A stretch of 30,232 nucleotides of DNA from Spartobacteria bacterium (lineage in GTDB: Bacteria > Verrucomicrobiota > Verrucomicrobiia > Chthoniobacterales > Chthoniobacteraceae). The DNA is taken from NCBI GenBank assembly GCA_043788785.1, contig JAYVTN010000170.1:1-30232 (forward strand), written 5' to 3'. Each line of letters begins with the position of its first letter. Position 1 is the first letter of the stretch. Both the position numbers and the translations under genes were made by a program. Below the pieces are notes generated by a model. The model was not told the DNA's origin, did no database searches, and worked only from the letters and a program-made list of their open reading frames with translations. Positions 24,219 through 30,232 of the stretch are shown here, one piece after another.

Positions 24219-25765
24219 ATCTCGCCGCCATCATGACCCTGGAAACCAAAGGGTTTACCAACCCTTTGGCCGGAGCCCAAAGCGCTATGTCGGGGCTCAT
24301 GGCCAAGATGGGGCCCGCCGCCATCGCCCTGGCTGGCGTGGCCGCTGCCGGCGCTGTCGCGGGCGGCGCATTCTTCGGCCTCAAGAAAGCCATTTCCGAA
24401 GCCGCCGACATGGAAACGATGGAAACGAGCTTTTCCGTGTTGCTCGGCTCCATGGATGCCGCCAAGGCCCGCATGGCTGAGCTTTCCCAGTTCGCCGCCG
24501 CGACTCCTTTTGAGCTGCCCGAGATCGCGGCCGCCTCGCGCACACTACAAACGCTCACTAAAGGAGCGATGGCCACGGGCGACGGGCTGACTTTGATCGG
24601 CGACGCGGCCGCCGGCACTCAGCAGCCCTTCCAAGAAATGGCCAACACGGTCGGCAAGGCTTATGCCGCGCTAAACAACGGCGGCGCCGCTGGGGAGGCT
24701 CTCAACCGGTTGGTGGAGCTGGGGGTGGTTTCTTTCGAGGCCAAGACCAAGATAGAAGCCCTCCAGGCATCGGGCCAGAAAGGCGCGGCCGTCTGGGGCA
24801 TCGTTGCCCAGTCCATGGGCCAGTTTTCGGGCATGATGAAGCAGCAAAGCGGCACATGGAACGGGCTAATGAGCACGCTCCAGGATAGCATCAACGGGGT
24901 GTTCCGCGCATTTGGAACGCCGTTGCTTGATGCGCTGAAACCGATCCTAGGCGACACGATCATCATGACCGATCAGCTCTGCGCGAAAGCGACGCAATGG
25001 GGCCAGGCCATGGCCGATTCCATCACGTTCGCCCGCAACCTTTTTGCCGATGGTAAAATGGGTGAGACCGCCGGCCTGGCACTCCGGGTCGGCTTTGCAG
25101 ACGCCGTCAATTACCTGGCCAAGAAACTCAACGAGCTCTGGGATGCCACCGCTAAAATGGTCAGCGGCAGCGGCGATGGCATACTGTCGGGTTTGATCAC
25201 CGCGTTTGACGGGATCGGGAGCATGATATCAGCCAGCATCAAGCGCGCGTTTGTGGATGGTCTTAAGGATGTCAGCGTCCTGGGCATAGACGTGCTTTCG
25301 GATAAGAACGCCAAGGCCATCAACGCCAGCGCAAGTATGGATGATCTCAACGCCGAGCTGCAATTCAAGGAAAGCGGGGCGCAGATTAAGGCGGGGATCG
25401 GCAAAGGCTTCATCGGCGGCTTGATCGGCGGCCTCAACACGGATCTGGTTGAGGCTCGCCTGAAGCTCAAGGAGACGGTGAAAAAGTATATGCCCACCCG
25501 TGGGCCGGAATTTGAAGGCCCGCCGGTCCCGGCCCGCGGCGAGCCAGAGGGCGCCGCTGTTGTGAAATCCAAGAACGGTAATGCGCCCCAGGGCGACCGC
25601 CTTGCTAAGATTGGCCTCTTCGTGGGCGGCGGCGGCCCTGCCAACGAGCACGCCCGCAAGACCGCTGACCACACGGCCAAGCAACTGGTGCTCACTGAAC
25701 GCGTTATCAAGGCCTTAGGTAAACTGGTGCCGGACAATGACCAGCGCTTTGCGGCCTTCGCTTAA
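24215..25765 (+). CDS. Tape measure protein (516 aa)
   Basis: ETSFSVLLGSMDAAKARMAELSQFAAATPFELPEI tape-measure domain; Ala/Gly-rich. Confidence 0.92.
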   Translation: MNLAAIMTLETKGFTNPLAGAQSAMSGLMAKMGPAAIALAGVAAAGAVAGGAFFGLKKAISEAADMETMETSFSVLLGSMDAAKARMAELSQFAAATPFELPEIAAASRTLQTLTKGAMATGDGLTLIGDAAAGTQQPFQEMANTVGKAYAALNNGGAAGEALNRLVELGVVSFEAKTKIEALQASGQKGAAVWGIVAQSMGQFSGMMKQQSGTWNGLMSTLQDSINGVFRAFGTPLLDALKPILGDTIIMTDQLCAKATQWGQAMADSITFARNLFADGKMGETAGLALRVGFADAVNYLAKKLNELWDATAKMVSGSGDGILSGLITAFDGIGSMISASIKRAFVDGLKDVSVLGIDVLSDKNAKAINASASMDDLNAELQFKESGAQIKAGIGKGFIGGLIGGLNTDLVEARLKLKETVKKYMPTRGPEFEGPPVPARGEPEGAAVVKSKNGNAPQGDRLAKIGLFVGGGGPANEHARKTADHTAKQLVLTERVIKALGKLVPDNDQRFAAFA

Positions 25766-25783
25766 CCCGGCACACAGATTCTT

Positions 25784-26527
25784 ATGGCTAAAATCATTGT
25801 TTGGAAGGGTACAAAATCGCTTCAAGAGCAGCCCGATAGCCCTGTTTACGAGAATGGCAGCAGTGGCCCCAAATACACGCGGACCTGGGAAGGCCCGTAT
25901 GCTGCTTGCACGGCAGCCCAGCCGACGCGCCTGTCCACGATCCCCGGCACACCCGCCGGATTCCTGGTCGATACCGTGCGGGTTAATCGCGCGCCGGGGG
26001 AACGCGGGATCATGGTCGTTACCTTTGCCCCGGCTCCGGTCAAGGATTACACGTTTGAAAACAACGAGACCCTTGAGATCGAGTGGATCGAAGTCCAGAA
26101 GCCACTGGAAACCCATCCGATGTTCAATGCCGCCTCGGCCACTTCGGTCCATCCCAATGCGGGCCTATACGAGCTTAGCGACGATGACTGGGATACAATC
26201 GACGAATGGAAAAGCGCAGACCGCGCCCGCAAACGCGAAATCATCCTAGAAGAGTCCACTGCGGAAGCCCTGGCCTTCATTCACCGCCTACAGCGCGGGC
26301 AAGATAGTTACGTGCTTTACTGTCCCGTTGGCCGTCGAACCCGCAAATACGCCACGGCCCCGGTATGCACCCGAAGCGGGCTCCCGCAAAACCCTCCAGC
26401 CGCCATCAAGGTCTCAGGCTACGTCTACTTGAAGACTGCCGACCGGGCCACGCGCGACCGGACATGGACCCGCACCGAGGAATGGACCGGGGCGGATGAA
26501 ATCGATACCGAAGTTTACGCAGGCTAG
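25784..26527 (+). CDS. Tail or tail-tip protein
   Basis: Directly after the TMP. Confidence 0.55.
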   Translation: MAKIIVWKGTKSLQEQPDSPVYENGSSGPKYTRTWEGPYAACTAAQPTRLSTIPGTPAGFLVDTVRVNRAPGERGIMVVTFAPAPVKDYTFENNETLEIEWIEVQKPLETHPMFNAASATSVHPNAGLYELSDDDWDTIDEWKSADRARKREIILEESTAEALAFIHRLQRGQDSYVLYCPVGRRTRKYATAPVCTRSGLPQNPPAAIKVSGYVYLKTADRATRDRTWTRTEEWTGADEIDTEVYAG

Positions 26528-26530
26528 ACC

Positions 26531-27070
26531 ATGCAGATCCCCAACGAGCCAGAGAAGGGCCAGCCCATCACAGCCGAGTGGGCCCGCCAGATTGTACGGC
26601 TGCTCCGCGCGCTATATCCGCGCCCTTCGCCCGAAGTCTTCCCGCAAGTCCGCCCGGGCGGGACCACCTTTAAGATCCGAGCTCAATCTCCCGGCCGGGC
26701 CGCATCCGCGCCCTGCAACCTCAAATGCACCGCCGGGGCTGTGGAAGAGGTTAATAAGATCTTCGTGTCATGGGGCACGATCTGCGGACGCCAGCCCACG
26801 GGATTCAGCGCCAGCGACACTTTCAGCCTAACCCCGGCAGGCGATACGGGCTATGTCTATGCCAAGGGCGTTGCCAATACGGACACGCTGCAATGGGTTT
26901 CCGCTGCCGTTATCCAGTCCGCCAACCCATTTCTCCACAATACGACCACCATCGCCTACCGCATGATAGGCTCCTGGGACACCGTTGATGGCGCGCTCAA
27001 AGTTGAGCCCCTCTGCGGCAATGTGGATTTTGATCTCTGCGACCTGGCAGCTGCCGACATCGTGCCCTAG
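26531..27070 (+). CDS. Tail-associated protein
   Basis: 3-bp spacing in the tail operon. Confidence 0.5.
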   Translation: MQIPNEPEKGQPITAEWARQIVRLLRALYPRPSPEVFPQVRPGGTTFKIRAQSPGRAASAPCNLKCTAGAVEEVNKIFVSWGTICGRQPTGFSASDTFSLTPAGDTGYVYAKGVANTDTLQWVSAAVIQSANPFLHNTTTIAYRMIGSWDTVDGALKVEPLCGNVDFDLCDLAAADIVP

Positions 27071-27072
27071 CT

Positions 27073-28275
27073 ATGCGCGACTGCCTATGGCCCGTGAGCT
27101 CCATCGGAATCGCATTCACGTTCGATAGCGTTTACACTCCCCCAGGCGCCACGACTGTAACCACCACCGCTGCGGCGTCATTCACGCTCACTCGCAAACC
27201 CTTTGCCGATTACCTGATCGATTCCGGTTTAGGCCCTGCTGGGCTCTGCCAGGATTCTCCGCTGGCGCGTTATTCCGATGACGGTGCGGCGGGGCTGGCC
27301 CCCGGGGAGTTCGTGCTCGTCATGCCAGGCGATGGCGCATCGATCATACTCGCCAGCCCCGCCAGCGGCCAATGCTGTGCGCCGTGTTGGGCCGCCCTGA
27401 TCATGCGCCCGCCGGCGGATCGCCTGATCGCTGGCACGCAAACCACAGAGGAGGATGGCGAGGATCCCGTAACAGTCGATCTCTACGCGACAATAAATGC
27501 CTACGCCATTCACCCGGTCTCCAGCCGCTTCAACCGTCGCACCTCCCGGGCGTTGACCTGGGAGGGTGCCCAGGATGATCCGCCCGTCCCGCCCATCTTG
27601 GCGGATATTGCCCTAACCATGGCTGTGGCCGGCACGCCCGAAACCAACGCCGAGCTTACCATCATTGCCGATCCCGGCGCCGAGGCTACTGTCCTGGGCA
27701 GCTTCTCCTATCTTTGGACCGCTCCCGATGGCTGCGAGCTCCGTTTCCGTGGATCCCGCGTGTATGCGATCGGAACCAACATCCTTGTGGACCGCTGGAC
27801 AGGATCATTCCAGGTGCTTTCCGTGCCGGCGGGCCAAACAGGGCCCACTGATGCCGATATCCGCATAACCGCCGAGACGGGCGGGATCCGGATCGCCTTC
27901 ATCGGACGCTACGCGCATCTGGACGTTGACGAGCCCGCCCTCGAAACCAACGAGACCGTCTGCGGCTCTCTCGTGGATGTAAATACCCACACCAATTATC
28001 ATGGAGGGTATGCATCCGACTCGCCGCCCCCAGTCTCCGATAACGCTTTCAGCAAAATCGGCATCGATATCTACGATACCCCCGACCCCGAAGCTGGCCC
28101 CTTCATCGTGGGTATCCTCTCCGGACGCACGGTATTTGCCGACAGCGAGTGCCCCCAGGACTACAGCGGCTCCCACGATTGGTCTTTGACCGAGCGCGTC
28201 CAGCTAGACCCATTGCCCGCCGATTCCACCGTGATCCGCACAAGCGCCGCAACGATCACGGTCACATGGTCCTAG
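27073..28275 (+). CDS. Tail-tip or virion structural protein
   Basis: 400 aa, Thr/Asp-rich, beta-rich, 2-bp spacing. Confidence 0.5.
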   Translation: MRDCLWPVSSIGIAFTFDSVYTPPGATTVTTTAAASFTLTRKPFADYLIDSGLGPAGLCQDSPLARYSDDGAAGLAPGEFVLVMPGDGASIILASPASGQCCAPCWAALIMRPPADRLIAGTQTTEEDGEDPVTVDLYATINAYAIHPVSSRFNRRTSRALTWEGAQDDPPVPPILADIALTMAVAGTPETNAELTIIADPGAEATVLGSFSYLWTAPDGCELRFRGSRVYAIGTNILVDRWTGSFQVLSVPAGQTGPTDADIRITAETGGIRIAFIGRYAHLDVDEPALETNETVCGSLVDVNTHTNYHGGYASDSPPPVSDNAFSKIGIDIYDTPDPEAGPFIVGILSGRTVFADSECPQDYSGSHDWSLTERVQLDPLPADSTVIRTSAATITVTWS

Positions 28276-28321
28276 ATCGTGTATCCCCAGCCCACCCTTC
28301 GCGCTCGCTAATTCCCTCGCC

Positions 28322-28543
28322 ATGCCCTTAGAGCGCTGGATCCTCGATAAACGCCTGGCCGTCTGCCGTGCCTGCCCCCGCGCCCCGGCCTGCCCGGCTA
28401 TCGCCAGCACGCTCGCTCTGGAAACCCGATGCCCCGAGCAACGCCACCCCACCCGCGCCGCCGAGATCGCCGCCCGCGCCTGGCCCGCCGAAGCCCCCCG
28501 CCTCTCCGGCTGCTGCGACCCCATTCCCCCGCGCCCCGCCTAG
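28322..28543 (+). CDS. Small Cys-rich protein, last gene before the right end
   Basis: CRAC...C...CP...H...GCCD. Confidence 0.5.
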   Translation: MPLERWILDKRLAVCRACPRAPACPAIASTLALETRCPEQRHPTRAAEIAARAWPAEAPRLSGCCDPIPPRPA

Positions 28544-28672
28544 CCCCCGCGCCCGCTCCGCGCCGCCGCCGCCTAGCCGCAGCAAGCGACCCGCACCCAC
28601 CCCGCCGTGCCGCCGCTCCACCCCCGCGCGGCCCTCGAAACCCGACCCTTTCCCGCGTACCCCCTCCAACCC

Positions 28673-28731
28673 TTTTCAACTTCGCGCCAGCTATTTCAAC
28701 TAACCCTTTTCAACTTTTTCGCTGGGTTACA
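28673..28731 (-). mobile_element. Right end (attR) of the transposable phage
   Basis: Read inward: TGTAACCCAGCGAAAAAGTTGAAAAGGGTTAGTTGAAATAGCTGGCGCGAAGTTGAAAA, i.e. terminal TG plus three AGTTGAAA sites; gene content switches to host type beyond it. Confidence 0.8.
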
Positions 28732-28864
28732 GCTGATCGGCCCCAAACCCAGCCCCCCAGCCCCCCAGCCCCGATCCAACGGCCCCCACTCCCCCTGATA
28801 AGGTGGCAGACACTTTGGGCTCCGGGGAGGCGGCAGGGCGGGGGGCGCGGCCGATTCTGTTGGT

Positions 28865-29097
28865 ATGAGGCAACTACGACTCAAGGCGGACGAGGATTGC
28901 GACGCCGGCTACTACCACTGCATCTCACGGTTCGCCCACCAGGCGTTCCTCTTCCAGGACGCCCAGATGCAGGATCCCGCGCCGGCCCGAGCGCTTTCTT
29001 TACGAGGAAGGGCGCGAGGTGGGGGGCGGCCCTACCCCGGACGGGGTCGTGGCCCGGCGGGCCGGGTTTTCGGAGGCGGAGGTGGACTCGGTGGTCC
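28865..29097 (+). pseudogene. Fragments of an IS200/RAYT-like Y1 (HUH) transposase
   Basis: N-terminal AGYYHCISR..F and C-terminal-like RFLYEEG...GFSEAEVDSV; HUH core absent. Confidence 0.55.
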
Positions 29098-29450
29098 GCT
29101 CCAAGCGCTCATCCTGCTTAACGGCACGCAATACGTCGAAGCCGCGCGCGTGCTCGGGGAGAAGCTGCACCGGGAGGCAAAGGGTGACGTCGCCGCGATG
29201 ATCGAACTTGGCTTCCTGCGCTGTCTAAGCCGACCTCCCGATGCGCGCGAACGGGCGCGAACGGGAGATCATGCAGCAGCTCTACCGCGAGCAACTGGTT
29301 TACTTTCAAGGGAAGCCCGGTGAAGCCGCCGCGTTGCTCAAAACCGGCAACACCCAAGCCGGCGCCGACATACCCGCCCCCGAGGCCGCGGCTGCCGCAG
29401 TGCTCGCCCAAACATTGATGAACCACGACGCCTGCATCGTGAAACGCTGA
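29097..29450 (+). pseudogene. C-terminal fragment of a DUF1553 (PVC-type) protein, frameshifted
   Basis: PLQALILLNG.QYVEAAR...LSRPP...LMNHDACIVKR*; 10-bp tandem duplication GCGCGAACGG at 29245-29264 shifts the frame. Confidence 0.8.
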
Positions 29451-29457
29451 ACCGCCC

Positions 29458-30037
29458 ATGAATCCCGCATTCAACTTCCCCGGTCGCCGCCAGTTTCTTA
29501 ATCAGTTTGGCATGGGCTTGGGCGGAATCGCGCTCGCCGACATGCCTCTCATACGCGCCCGAGCAGCATCCGCAGTTGATCACGGCGTTCTCGGCCAGCC
29601 ACATTTTGCGCCCAAGGCCAAGCGCATCATTTATCTTTTCATGTCGGGCGGGCCGTCGCAACTCGACCTTTTTGATTACAAGCCGCTGCTCAATAAGCGC
29701 AACGGCGAGAAGCTTCCCGACTCGGTCCGCAGTGGGCAGCGGCTCGGGCAGGAAAATGCGAATCTTCCCTCCTTCGTCACCAGGACTGGGATCATCACGG
29801 CAACCTGCCGGGTTCTTTGCCCGGCCTATGCCGCGAAACCGATCAGCCCGCGGCCGCGCTGATCAAGGATTTGAAAGCGCGCGGTCTGCTCGACGATACG
29901 CTCACGTGCATGACTTCCATGCCACGCTGCTGCACCTGCTCGGCATCGATCACGAGCGGCTGACGTACAAGTTCCTAGGCCGCCGCTACCGGCTCACCGA
30001 CGTGGAAGGCAAGATCGTCAAAGGCATTCTCGCCTGA
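29458..30037 (+). pseudogene. DUF1501 (sulfatase-like) gene with several internal deletions
   Basis: [85 protein letters not shown] juxtaposed in changing frames. Confidence 0.85.
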
Positions 30038-30107
30038 GGAGCGCCCGTAGGCCGCTTGTGAGTTTCATCGCCGAGCCCGCCCGTCGCCCGACGCCGGTCG
30101 ACACTGG

Positions 30108-30232
30108 AAGGCCGAAGGCCTGAACTATTCTAGCCCAGGGCGTTGCCCCATAAGCGCTAACCCCCTAGAACTGAGATTAGGGTGCCCTTTCTGGGCTCCG
30201 CCGTCTGTGGGGCCCGCATCCCAGGGCGTTGC
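30108..30232 (+). repeat. REP-like intergenic repeats
   Basis: CCCAGGGCGTTGC at 30134-30146 and 30220-30232; GGCCGAAGGCC mini-hairpin. Confidence 0.5.

Larger units (their letters stand above)
1..28731. mobile_element. Mu-like transposable (pro)phage, left end outside the window, apparently defective or chimerically assembled
   Basis: DUF935-like portal, Mu gp27/28-like terminase, MuF, gpG, gpI/Z, gpT, gp36, Gam and Ner-like genes; TG...CA right end with repeated sites at 28673-28731. Confidence 0.93.

Noticed and set aside
28280-28670. Pro/Arg-rich ORFs on both strands near the right end
   Set aside because: Products of extreme C-skew low-complexity sequence; only 28322..28543 is plausible.
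28865-29323. Genuine transposase-DUF1553 fusion protein
   Set aside because: In-frame join of unrelated fragments lacking the HUH core.
1-30232. tRNA, rRNA or structured ncRNA genes
   Set aside because: None recognised by eye; a covariance-model search would be needed to exclude them.

Overview
Most of the window (1-28731) is a Mu-like transposable phage or prophage with a non-contractile tail. The host is probably Verrucomicrobiota/PVC, inferred from the flanking DUF1553/DUF1501 fragments and the protein families. The element ends at a TG...CA terminus at 28731 with three internal AGTTGAAA sites. Virion genes are split between two divergent arms. The leftward arm carries secreted proteins, a BspA-LRR fibre or adhesin, a lysis cassette, TerS, a TerL split into two genes, and the portal, which runs off the window. 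The rightward arm carries a Ner-like regulator, early genes including DnaB, MuF with a metallopeptidase extension, head genes and tail genes. Four late operon starts on both arms share an equally spaced motif: two tandem 9-mers followed 26 bp later by a -10-like hexamer, with apparently leaderless starts. No Mor/C-type activator is recognisable. The element carries lesions: only about 250 bp of a MuA-like transposase remains, no MuB or intact repressor is seen, ParB and Gam are joined by a deletion, the protease has an internal deletion, and there is a 213-bp divergent tandem duplication. Beyond the right end is a mosaic of truncated host genes. These lesions could be prophage decay or assembly chimerism. 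Family assignments are from motif recognition only; no database searches were run.
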